Below, piece after piece: positions 7,581-15,334 of a DNA stretch of 32,000 nucleotides. Below the pieces are notes generated by a model. That model worked only from the letters and a program-made list of their open reading frames with translations. It did no database searches and was not told the DNA's origin. The stretch's first letter is position 1. Every line of letters begins with the position of its first letter. The position numbers were made by a program, and so were the translations under genes. The stretch is from Candidatus Saccharimonadota bacterium (GTDB taxonomy: Bacteria; Patescibacteriota; Patescibacteriia; 2-12-FULL-60-25). The stretch lies in assembly GCA_963718585.1 (NCBI GenBank), contig OY970357.1:60001-92000 (forward strand), read 5' to 3'.

Positions 7581-7881
7581 TTGAGAGGCCTGACGACGCG
7601 AGCCCTGTCTTGAACAAGGTCAGCGCTTCTCGACAGGTCGAGAGAAAGAGGTCGAACGCCAGATCGCTCTTGGCGAATTCATCGACCTGACGATCCGGAG
7701 CGGTTCTGCGGAAGCTATCGCCGATGCGACTTCCCGAGGAGGACGTGAGGTGGTCGGCGATGGCGTCAGCCCAGATCCGTTGGAGCTGAGCATCAAGCAG
7801 CCGATCCGGCGTCGTGAGCATCATGCGCGCCGCCCGCAGCATCGCTCTTCCGAAGATCTCGTGATAGCCATCAGGCGTCAC
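7576..7881 (-). CDS. Hypothetical small helical protein (about 101 aa)
   Basis: Downstream part of track ORF 7576..8001. I start at GTG 7881 (VTPDGYHEIFGRAML...), which overlaps the 3' end of the DksA/TraR gene by 11 nt. The upstream part of the track ORF is Ala/Pro/Arg-rich and lies inside the DksA/TraR gene. The TAA stop lies inside the terminator stem. Confidence 0.45.
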   Translation of the reverse strand: MTPDGYHEIFGRAMLRAARMMLTTPDRLLDAQLQRIWADAIADHLTSSSGSRIGDSFRRTAPDRQVDEFAKSDLAFDLFLSTCREALTLFKTGLASSGLST

Positions 7882-8164
7882 GCGAAGCCTCTTCCTCGCA
7901 GGAGGTGCAGCGGGTAGCCCCGGGGACGGTGAGGAGGCGACCGTGAGGGATCTCCTCTCCGCACCCTTCGCAGATGCCGTAGTGGCCTTGCTGGATCGCA
8001 TCGAGCGCTTTGGTGATGTGACGCATCGCCACGTCGGCTTTTTGTCGCGCGTGAAGATTCACGTCGCCTTCGCTCAGGGCTCGGCGTGCAAGCTGTCGGT
8101 ATCGGTGTGCGCGATCCTCCAGAGCAGCGCGCTGAGAATCGATGAATGTTTGTGAAAGAGACAC
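7871..8164 (-). CDS. DksA/TraR-family C4-type zinc-finger protein (97 aa)
   Basis: The C-terminal YGICEGCGEEIPHGRLLTVPGATRCTSCEE gives the CxxC-N17-CxxC motif. AAGGAG Shine-Dalgarno (plus ctcctt 8171-8176) lies 6 nt before GTG 8164. The track start at 8230 is the TTG of the promoter -35 box. Confidence 0.8.
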   Translation of the reverse strand: MSLSQTFIDSQRAALEDRAHRYRQLARRALSEGDVNLHARQKADVAMRHITKALDAIQQGHYGICEGCGEEIPHGRLLTVPGATRCTSCEEEASRDA

Positions 8165-8201
8165 GTGATACTCCTTATTGGCGTAGATGTGCCAATGAAA
8201 G

Positions 8202-8230
8202 AAATTACGCCATTTTTTGGGTTTTGTCAA
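8202..8230 (-). promoter_or_regulatory. Sigma70-type promoter of the DksA/TraR operon
   Basis: Minus strand: TTGACA (8230-8225), 17 nt spacer, TAATTT (8207-8202). The leader is about 30 nt and carries AAGGAG. Confidence 0.6.
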
Positions 8231-8245
8231 CCCCCCAGCAGCAAG

Positions 8246-8268
8246 GAAAAACGGGCAAAATGCCCGTT
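8246..8268 (-). terminator. Intrinsic terminator after pilB
   Basis: Stem acgggca (8251-8257) with tgcccgt (8261-8267). On the minus strand it is followed by TTTT. Confidence 0.6.
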
Positions 8269-10139
8269 TATTTGGCCCCTGGAGGGCGGAGTTTCAACCC
8301 CGTCGGCGGCGGCGGAACGGGGGGAGGGGTGAGCTCCTCTGGCTCTTCTTCGATCACGGATTGGAACTCAGCCACACGGAGCACCTCTTCCACGCTCGTA
8401 AGGCCATCCAGGGCCTTGAACAGGCCGTCCTGCGCCATGGTGATCATCCCGTTCTTCTGCGCGATGTCGAGCATGTCATATTCCGAGACATGTGCGCCTA
8501 AGATCATCTTTTCGATCTCCTTATTCATGCTGAAGATCTCGTAAATACCGATCCGGCCCTTGTACGGTTGTTCTGCGTCTTCCTTCGGCCCGTAGAATTG
8601 AAGATGGTTCAGATCCACCTTGTTCTCTTTCAAGATCTGTTTGGGGAGACGGTTCAACTCTTCTGTGACCTGTTTCAACAGGCTGGCGGAGAGATCCACC
8701 GGGATCTTGGCGTCCGGACTGATCCGTTTGACGAGGCGCTGACCGATGACGCAGTTGATGGCCGGAGCGAGGAGGAACGGTTTCACGCCCATGGAAAGGA
8801 GGCGAGGGATCGCGCCTGCGGCGCTGTTCGTGTGGATGGTCGAGACCACAAGGTGGCCGGTAAGTGCCGCTTGGATCGCGATCTCCGCCGTGTCGAGGTC
8901 TCGGATCTCACCGACCATGACCACGTCCGGATCCTGACGGAGGATCGCCCGGAGGCCCTTGGCAAAGGTGTAATCCCTAGAGTAGTCGATCTGGCTCTGA
9001 TTGATGCCTTGAAGTTTGTATTCGATCGGATCTTCGAGCGTGATGATCTTCACATCCTCCTTGTTCAGGCGCTTGAGGATCGCATACAGGGTCGTCGTCT
9101 TACCGGAACCAGTCGGACCGGTCGTCAGGATCATGCCGTTCGGGCGGTCGATCTCCCGTTTGAGGGTGTCCCATGCATGACCGCGAACGCCGAGCTGTTC
9201 GAATTCAAGGGAGATGGATTTCGGACGGAGGAGACGCATGACGACGGATTCACCGAATGCCGTCGGCAGGAATGAGACGCGGATATCGATCTTTTCGTTT
9301 GAGAGATAGATGGTGATGCGACCATCCTGCGGGACGTCTTCGATATTGATCTTCACGCCTGAAAGAAGTTTGAGACGGGAGATCATCTGTTTCCATTCGG
9401 ATTTGGGGAGCTTGGCCGCGTCGTGCAGATCCCCGTCAATGCGATATCGGACCTTCACGTCCGCCTCCTCCGCTTCGATATGGACATCGGAGGCATCGAC
9501 CTTGATCGCGGCCCCGAGGATGAGGGTGATGACATCGGTCGTCGAGACCTTGGTGATGGTCTCCTGGAGCTTCTTGAGATCCGTGATCTCATTCGCGTAT
9601 TTTTCCAGCGTTTGTTGTTCGATGCGGACGCCGTAGATGATCTCCTTGATCTCGGGCAGGACGTCATACAACTTCAGCGCAGATCTGAAGCTTTCCTCGG
9701 AGATGAGATAGGTCTGGACGTTGGCGGTGAAATCTTTCGTCAACTTGGCGGCAATGGCTTCAGACTTCGGACCGGGAGTGACCGTCCCGATGCGGATCTG
9801 GTCGCCGGCGCGTAAAAAGACGACGGTCTGCGCCTCGACGGATTCTGCCTTGGGCACGAGTGCGAGCGCTTCCGGCGCGATCGCGAAGCCATGGAGATCG
9901 ATGTAGGGGAGACCTTTTTCCGCTGCACGCTCCTCGGCCGTCCTTTCGAGTTCTTGCAGCTTGATCTCTTCGAGTTTCTCCTTCCGTTTTTCTTCCGGTG
10001 ACATTTCAAACGGCGACTTGTCCTTGGCGGGCTTCGCATTTGCGGATGGGGTCGCCGCGCTCGCCGGCACCGGTGTGGCGGGCTTCTTCAGCAGTTCTTC
10101 GATGGATTGCCCCCGCTGTGGGTTCTTTGGGGCGGCCAT
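8268..10139 (-). CDS. pilB: Type IV pilus / type II secretion assembly ATPase (PilB/GspE family)
   Basis: Walker A TGPTGSGKTTTLYA, Walker B region DPDVVMVGEIRD, TGHLVVSTIHTN, and the N-terminal T2SSE_N-like LPYIDLHGFAIAPEALALVPKAESVEAQTVVF. Confidence 0.9.
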   Translation of the reverse strand: MAAPKNPQRGQSIEELLKKPATPVPASAATPSANAKPAKDKSPFEMSPEEKRKEKLEEIKLQELERTAEERAAEKGLPYIDLHGFAIAPEALALVPKAESVEAQTVVFLRAGDQIRIGTVTPGPKSEAIAAKLTKDFTANVQTYLISEESFRSALKLYDVLPEIKEIIYGVRIEQQTLEKYANEITDLKKLQETITKVSTTDVITLILGAAIKVDASDVHIEAEEADVKVRYRIDGDLHDAAKLPKSEWKQMISRLKLLSGVKINIEDVPQDGRITIYLSNEKIDIRVSFLPTAFGESVVMRLLRPKSISLEFEQLGVRGHAWDTLKREIDRPNGMILTTGPTGSGKTTTLYAILKRLNKEDVKIITLEDPIEYKLQGINQSQIDYSRDYTFAKGLRAILRQDPDVVMVGEIRDLDTAEIAIQAALTGHLVVSTIHTNSAAGAIPRLLSMGVKPFLLAPAINCVIGQRLVKRISPDAKIPVDLSASLLKQVTEELNRLPKQILKENKVDLNHLQFYGPKEDAEQPYKGRIGIYEIFSMNKEIEKMILGAHVSEYDMLDIAQKNGMITMAQDGLFKALDGLTSVEEVLRVAEFQSVIEEEPEELTPPPVPPPPTGLKLRPPGAK

Positions 10140-10142
10140 ACG

Positions 10143-11168
10143 TTAGGATTGCGGGACCGTGAACATCTGCGTCAGGTCGCGGATCCAGCGATGGATCTTG
10201 GGGACGACGCCGCCTTCTCCCAGTTTTCGATACAGGCCGGTCCACGTGGCGTAATGGAGTTGGGTCAAAAAGGCCGTCGCGACGGCGAGGCCGATGATAA
10301 AGAGTCCGAGGCCAAGACCGAGAGCGGCGGTGAAGATCGCAGGGGATTGCAGGACCGCAGCGGTGAGGACAGCGCCGACGACCGGAACGAAGAGAACGAA
10401 CCCGATCCCACCGAACACCGCGAGGAGGAGTGCGGTCACGACGAAGAGGATCACAGCGGTCTCGACGACCGTGACCCAGTGCTTTTTGAAGAGGAGATAG
10501 CCGCGCAAGATCGCGTCCGCCGCAGGGGCGCCTTGGAGGATCATGGCGTTCAGGGCAAAGACCTGAATGATCAGGATGAGGAACGCGAGCGGGACGAAGA
10601 CGACGAAGGTAGCGAGGTAGAGGAGCCAGGTGAGGTTCGATGGTGTCTGGACCGCCATCATGAGCGGGATCGCCACGATGAAGCGGAGGATCCAGATGAC
10701 GCTGATCGCGAGGGCGTTGACCGCGGCCACGGGCCAGAAGGCCGAGCCACCGATCTTGAGAGCATCGCTATAGAACGGTCGCTTTCCACGGTGATGTGCC
10801 CCAAGGGCGTAGACGAGTGCGCCCTGGGCGACGACAGAGATCGCAGCCACGGCCAGGATGAGGATCGCGATCACGAGAAGAGCCTGAAGGGCATAGGTCA
10901 CGTTGAAGATGTTGGAGGCATCCTGCGACATGGTCTTGGCCGCGCTGGCGATGACGGATGCGGTGGTGTTGGAGCCGCCGATCCGGACGCTCAATGCCGA
11001 AGCGGACGATAGCGAGCCGGCCAAGAAGTCATAGGAGCTGCCGGTGAAAAGGATAGAGGCGAGCAGGGCGAGTGGCCAGAGACGCCAGCCTTTCCAGGCG
11101 ACGGTAAAGGCGTACTTGAGCACCTCGCGATAGACAGGTGCGTGCGTGCGAACATTCGAACGGATCAT
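10143..11168 (-). CDS. Polytopic integral membrane protein (about 341 aa), family not recognised
   Basis: At least 7 long hydrophobic segments. The stop lies 3 nt before the pilB ATG. I prefer ATG 11168 (MIRSNVRTH...), because the track GTG 11186 lies inside the ftsH terminator. Confidence 0.7.
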   Translation of the reverse strand: MIRSNVRTHAPVYREVLKYAFTVAWKGWRLWPLALLASILFTGSSYDFLAGSLSSASALSVRIGGSNTTASVIASAAKTMSQDASNIFNVTYALQALLVIAILILAVAAISVVAQGALVYALGAHHRGKRPFYSDALKIGGSAFWPVAAVNALAISVIWILRFIVAIPLMMAVQTPSNLTWLLYLATFVVFVPLAFLILIIQVFALNAMILQGAPAADAILRGYLLFKKHWVTVVETAVILFVVTALLLAVFGGIGFVLFVPVVGAVLTAAVLQSPAIFTAALGLGLGLFIIGLAVATAFLTQLHYATWTGLYRKLGEGGVVPKIHRWIRDLTQMFTVPQS

Positions 11169-11176
11169 ATGGCCCC

Positions 11177-11185
11177 ATGATAGCA
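11177..11185 (-). promoter_or_regulatory. Extended -10 element upstream of the membrane-protein/pilB operon
   Basis: The minus strand reads TGcTATCAT ggggccat ATG(11168). Confidence 0.4.
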
Positions 11186-11215
11186 CAAAACAGCCGGCGT
11201 TTCGCCGGCTGTTCT
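11186..11215 (-). terminator. Hairpin after ftsH (terminator or attenuator)
   Basis: cagccggcg ttt cgccggctg. On the minus strand it is followed by TTTTG. Confidence 0.55.
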
Positions 11216-11229
11216 TGGGATTCCATTCC

Positions 11230-13104
11230 TTACGCCTGTTCGTTTTTTTCTGTGCTCTGAGGTTCTTTCGCCATCACGTTCTTCGGATTCGCGGGCGGGA
11301 TGCCGGCAACTTCGAGGAAGGCCTTCCGTTCAAGCGTCTCCTTCTCCAGGAGCTTGTTCCCGATCCGGGCCAGAGCCTCGCGGTGATCCGTGACGATCTT
11401 GGTCGCGGTCTCAAGGGCGTCGTGGATGAGTCGATCCATCTCTTCATCGATGATGATGGCCTTCTGATCCGAGTAGTCGCGGTTCTCGTGGATCTCGCGA
11501 CCAAGGAAGATCATGTCCTCGTGCTGGCCATAGGTCCGCGGTCCGAGTTTCTCGCTCATGCCCCACTGGGTGACCATATTCCGCGCGAGGCGCGTGGCCT
11601 GTTGCATGTCGTTGGATGCGCCGGTCGTGATGTCGCCGAACGTTGATCGCTCCGCGGCGTATCCGCCAAGCATGACGGCGAGGTCTTCGATGTATTCCGT
11701 GCGTGCTCGCATCATGCGATCTTCGATCGGAAGTTTGATCGTGTAGCCAGCCGCGCGTCCACGCGAGATGATCGAGACCTTCTGGACCGGATCCGTATGC
11801 GGGAGGAGGTGGGCGACGAGCGCATGGCCGCCCTCGTGGTACGCCGTGACCTTCCGTTCGTCCTCATTCAGGACGTGGCTGCGACGCTCCGGCCCAAGCA
11901 TCACCTTTTCGATCGAGTCGAGGAGGATCTGCATGGGGATCTCCTTCAGGTCCTTGCGGGCCGCGAGGATCGCACCTTCGTTCATGAGGTTCATGAGGTC
12001 TGCACCCGAGAATCCCGGCGTCCGTTCCGCGAGCGTGCGGATGTTGACGTCCTTGGCGAGCGGCTTGTTCTTGGCGTGGATGCTCAGGATCTGTTCGCGA
12101 TCGTTGATGTCCGGCGGGTCGAGGACCACGCGACGATCAAAGCGGCCCGGGCGCAGGAGCGCCGGATCGAGCACATCCGGTCGATTGGTCGCGGCGATCA
12201 CGATGACGCCGGAGTTCGGCTCGAAGCCGTCCATCTCTACCAGGATCTGGTTCAACGTCTGTTCCCGTTCGTCGTGCGAGCCGCCGAGACCGGATCCGCG
12301 TTGGCGGCCGACCGCATCGATCTCGTCGATGAACACGATGCACGGGGCGCTCTTCTTGGCTTTGGCGAAGAGGTCACGCACGCGGGAGGCGCCGACGCCG
12401 ACGAACATCTCCACGAATTCCGATCCACTGATGTGGTAGAACGGCACGTCCGCCTCACCGGCGACCGCGCGTGCCAGAAGGGTCTTCCCGGTGCCCGGCG
12501 AGCCCATGAGGAGGACGCCTTTCGGGATCTTTGCGCCAAGATGTGTGAACTTGTCCGGATGTTTGAGGAATTCGACGATCTCGTTCAGTTCTTCCTTTGC
12601 TTCTTTGACGCCGGCGACGTCTTTGAAGGTCACCCGATTCTTGGTGTTCTTCGGCGTTTCTTTGGCCTGGGTCTGTCCGAACATCATGGCGCGGTTGTTC
12701 TGTCCCTGCATCTGTCGGAACAAGAACCACATGAGCACGAAGAAGAAGACGAGCGTGATGATGTCCGGGCCGAGGACCCCGAACCAGTAGCCGAAGCCGC
12801 TTTGCGTCTTGACCTCGATCGGAACCTCGCGGATCTTCGTCGCGTCGACGCCGAGGTTCTTCAGAAGCGCGTCAAGGGATTCGACGTCTTCTTTGGTCGC
12901 GTGGACCGTGGAGTCGTCCTGCAGGGTGGCCGTGATATCCGAGCCGGAGACGGTCAGGGATTTGATCTGCCCGTCTTGGACATCCTGGGCGAGGGTCGTG
13001 AGGTCGATCTGCTTCGGCGGCGTGACGTTGATGAGGGAAAAGGCGCCGAAGACGATCACGATGCCTGCGAGGATGATGAGGAGATTTTTAGTGGTGGCGT
13101 TCAT
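11230..13104 (-). CDS. ftsH: ATP-dependent zinc metalloprotease FtsH
   Basis: N-terminal TM, AAA motifs [23 protein letters not shown] and [12 protein letters not shown] region, and zinc site HEGGHALV. Confidence 0.96.
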   Translation of the reverse strand: MNATTKNLLIILAGIVIVFGAFSLINVTPPKQIDLTTLAQDVQDGQIKSLTVSGSDITATLQDDSTVHATKEDVESLDALLKNLGVDATKIREVPIEVKTQSGFGYWFGVLGPDIITLVFFFVLMWFLFRQMQGQNNRAMMFGQTQAKETPKNTKNRVTFKDVAGVKEAKEELNEIVEFLKHPDKFTHLGAKIPKGVLLMGSPGTGKTLLARAVAGEADVPFYHISGSEFVEMFVGVGASRVRDLFAKAKKSAPCIVFIDEIDAVGRQRGSGLGGSHDEREQTLNQILVEMDGFEPNSGVIVIAATNRPDVLDPALLRPGRFDRRVVLDPPDINDREQILSIHAKNKPLAKDVNIRTLAERTPGFSGADLMNLMNEGAILAARKDLKEIPMQILLDSIEKVMLGPERRSHVLNEDERKVTAYHEGGHALVAHLLPHTDPVQKVSIISRGRAAGYTIKLPIEDRMMRARTEYIEDLAVMLGGYAAERSTFGDITTGASNDMQQATRLARNMVTQWGMSEKLGPRTYGQHEDMIFLGREIHENRDYSDQKAIIIDEEMDRLIHDALETATKIVTDHREALARIGNKLLEKETLERKAFLEVAGIPPANPKNVMAKEPQSTEKNEQA

Positions 13105-13185
13105 ACATTCAAGGTTTCCAGTCTACGGGACGGTAGCGGATATTGCGAGGATTGTCGAGCGCCCTAGGGGAAGGCCCATCCAACG

Positions 13186-13226
13186 AAAAAACGCCCGTCC
13201 ACCAGGTGGTAGAGGGCGTTTTTTCA
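13186..13226. terminator. Intrinsic terminator after rpsA
   Basis: aaaaaacgccc...ccaccaggtgg...gggcgtttttt, a long hairpin flanked by A and T runs. Confidence 0.75.
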
Positions 13227-13232
13227 GGCGTC

Positions 13233-14366
13233 TTAGGCGGTCGCCTTTTCCGCTTCCTTTTCTCCAGCCTTGCGGAGCGAGAGGCCGAGGCGATGGTTTT
13301 CCGGATCGATGGAGACGATGCGGAAGGAGAATTCATCCCCGATGCGGGCGATCTCGTTCACGTCCTTCACCGGCTTGTTCGACAGTTCGCTGATGTGTGC
13401 GAGGCCGTGGATGTCCGGGTCGAGTTCGACGAAGAGGCCGAACGGGTTGATCTTGATGACCTTGCCCGTGATCATCTGGCCGACCGTGAAGCGGTCGCTG
13501 ACGCTCTTCCACGGATCCTCGATGAGTTTCTTCATGGAGAGGAAGATCTTGGATCCCTCGATGTTGATGATCTCGGCGCGGACATGGTCACCGACCTTCA
13601 GCACGTCGCGTGGATGGTCGATGCGCTGCCAAGCGATCTCCGAGATGTGGACGAGGCCTTCGAGATTCTGGTCAAAGCGGACGAAGGCACCGAAGTCCGT
13701 GACCGCGGTGACGTCGCCTTCGACGACATCGCCGACCTTGTACTTGGAGATGACGCTTTCCTGCTTGCCTTCCCAGACCGCCTTCTCCGAAACGATCAAT
13801 TTCCCGGATTCCTCGTTGACATCAAGGAGTTTGACGTCGAGCGTCGTGTTGACGATAGACTTCAATTTTTCGAGGATCTTGGTCTTGTCGCCGCCCGAGA
13901 CGCGCGGATAGTTCTCCGGCGAGAGTTGGGACACGGGGAGGAAACCTGAGACGTTTTCCACGCGTACGATGAGTCCGCCTTTGTTGGCTTCGAGGATCTT
14001 GACCTGCATGACCTCGCCCTTCGCCGCCAGTTCACGCAACTTTTCCCAGGACTTCCGCTTGTCTGCGCTCTTGAGCGAGAGTTCGATCTCTCCGAATTCA
14101 TTATCCAGCTCCACGACCGTGGCTTCGACCTCTTCACCGATCGTGAGATGGGCGTTCGGGTCGAGTTCCGGACCGCGGATGAGTCCGACGGCGATACCGC
14201 CGAGGTCGAGACGGACCTCATTGCGGCCGACGGAGATGACATGACCTTTGACGACGTCGCCGACGGCCGGGTAGGCCGTGAACGGGGCATTCGCCTCGTC
14301 CATGAGGAGTTTGTCGATCTCTTCGGACGTCTGGACGTTCGGCAATTTAACGATAGATGTGCTCAT
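13233..14366 (-). CDS. rpsA: 30S ribosomal protein S1 (four S1 domains)
   Basis: Repeated S1 OB-fold modules (GDVVKGHVISVGRNEVRLDLGG, GEVMQVKILEANKGGLIVRV, GDVVEGDVTAVTDFGAFVRF, GQMITGKVIKINPFGLFVEL). Confidence 0.92.
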   Translation of the reverse strand: MSTSIVKLPNVQTSEEIDKLLMDEANAPFTAYPAVGDVVKGHVISVGRNEVRLDLGGIAVGLIRGPELDPNAHLTIGEEVEATVVELDNEFGEIELSLKSADKRKSWEKLRELAAKGEVMQVKILEANKGGLIVRVENVSGFLPVSQLSPENYPRVSGGDKTKILEKLKSIVNTTLDVKLLDVNEESGKLIVSEKAVWEGKQESVISKYKVGDVVEGDVTAVTDFGAFVRFDQNLEGLVHISEIAWQRIDHPRDVLKVGDHVRAEIINIEGSKIFLSMKKLIEDPWKSVSDRFTVGQMITGKVIKINPFGLFVELDPDIHGLAHISELSNKPVKDVNEIARIGDEFSFRIVSIDPENHRLGLSLRKAGEKEAEKATA

Positions 14367-14496
14367 ACGATGTTTCGGACGATACGCAAAGCGCGACCCC
14401 TACGGACGCGTCTCAACGTTGAGTGTGAGTGACTCGGCCAACCCCCGCATGAATAAATGGTTTTCGCGGTTACGGTAGCCAGTCCGAATCAGGAGG

Positions 14497-14525
14497 ACTC
14501 TACCGTACTTCGGCCGGATTGGCAA
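14497..14525 (-). promoter_or_regulatory. Candidate rpsA promoter
   Basis: Minus strand: TTGCCA (14525-14520), 17 nt spacer, TAGAGT (14502-14497). This implies a leader of about 125 nt. Confidence 0.35.
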
Positions 14526-14546
14526 GCCCTGCAGGAGGGCCGAAAA

Positions 14547-15290
14547 ATGAGGTACACTATACGCATGAATGATCCATTGCTCGATCTGCACGACCGTCCG
14601 CGCATCGTCGATTTCCTTGCGGATGCCGCCCCCTACGCATCGAAAAAGGACCGCGATGCGGCCGACGCGCTTGTCCGTGCGTACATGGCGGAAGAGAAGA
14701 TCCGGACCGATGTCCTTGCCCGCGGCGCGCGTGAGCTCGCCGAGGTGACGTGGCCGGCGCGACACGCGCTCCGTGCGTTCTTCAACGGCGATGGGGCGCC
14801 GGAGGAGTGGAAGCTCGTCCTTGCCGTCGTCCGTCCTTCGACCGCACATTTGTTGAAACGCTTACGCGAACCCGGGTTGACGCTCGATCAGGCACTCGCA
14901 TCAGATGATGCGGATATGGCGATAAAGGATGCAGAGGAGATGGAGATCGACGCAGTCCGTAAGCAGGTACGTGAGGCGTATTGGCGTGATCACGCCAACG
15001 CACTTCAGGTCTTTGTCGAAGAGGGGAAGCGGGAATGGCAGGCGTACGAGGAGCGGTTGAAACAATTGCGTGAACTCGCGCTCGCCTTGCCGCGCGGAAT
15101 GCAGGACGAGGCATTCAACAAATGCACACGATATGAGGAACGGGTGCTTTTTGGGAACGAGATGATCCCACTTGAGCTTTTGGATGAAGAGGTCGCATTC
15201 GCCAAAGAGCAAGCGGCCATCGATCCGTTCGCCAAGGAGGTCAAAAAAACGAAGCGTATCAAACGACGAAAACTGGAAGACACGGAATGA
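14547..15290 (+). CDS. Hypothetical acidic helical protein (247 aa)
   Basis: AGGAGGG Shine-Dalgarno at 14533-14539, 7 nt before ATG 14547. The track start 14457 adds 30 codons that overlap the rpsA promoter region. Ends at a bidirectional terminator. No family recognised. Confidence 0.6.
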   Translation: MRYTIRMNDPLLDLHDRPRIVDFLADAAPYASKKDRDAADALVRAYMAEEKIRTDVLARGARELAEVTWPARHALRAFFNGDGAPEEWKLVLAVVRPSTAHLLKRLREPGLTLDQALASDDADMAIKDAEEMEIDAVRKQVREAYWRDHANALQVFVEEGKREWQAYEERLKQLRELALALPRGMQDEAFNKCTRYEERVLFGNEMIPLELLDEEVAFAKEQAAIDPFAKEVKKTKRIKRRKLEDTE

Positions 15291-15323
15291 AAAAAACACC
15301 CCGTCCAACGGGGTGTTTTTTTT
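15290..15323. terminator. Bidirectional intrinsic terminator shared by ORF 14547..15290 and the large secreted-protein gene
   Basis: aaaaaaacaccccgt cca acggggtgtttttttt. Confidence 0.85.
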
Positions 15324-15334
15324 GCGGGTCTGAC

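Noticed and set aside
8165-8230. Longer version of the DksA/TraR ORF starting at 8230. Similar upstream extensions are seen in ORFs 19316..20482, 15335..19201, 14457..15290 and 21534..21899
   Set aside because: The extensions begin at TTG or GTG codons inside promoter -35 boxes or inside the upstream gene. Strong Shine-Dalgarno sites, ATGA overlaps or signal peptides mark the downstream starts.
11797-13167. 456-aa ORF on the plus strand, with other long ORFs in the same interval
   Set aside because: It lies entirely antisense to ftsH, whose motifs are unambiguous. Its Arg/Asp/Glu/His-rich low-complexity composition is typical of shadow ORFs in GC-rich coding DNA.
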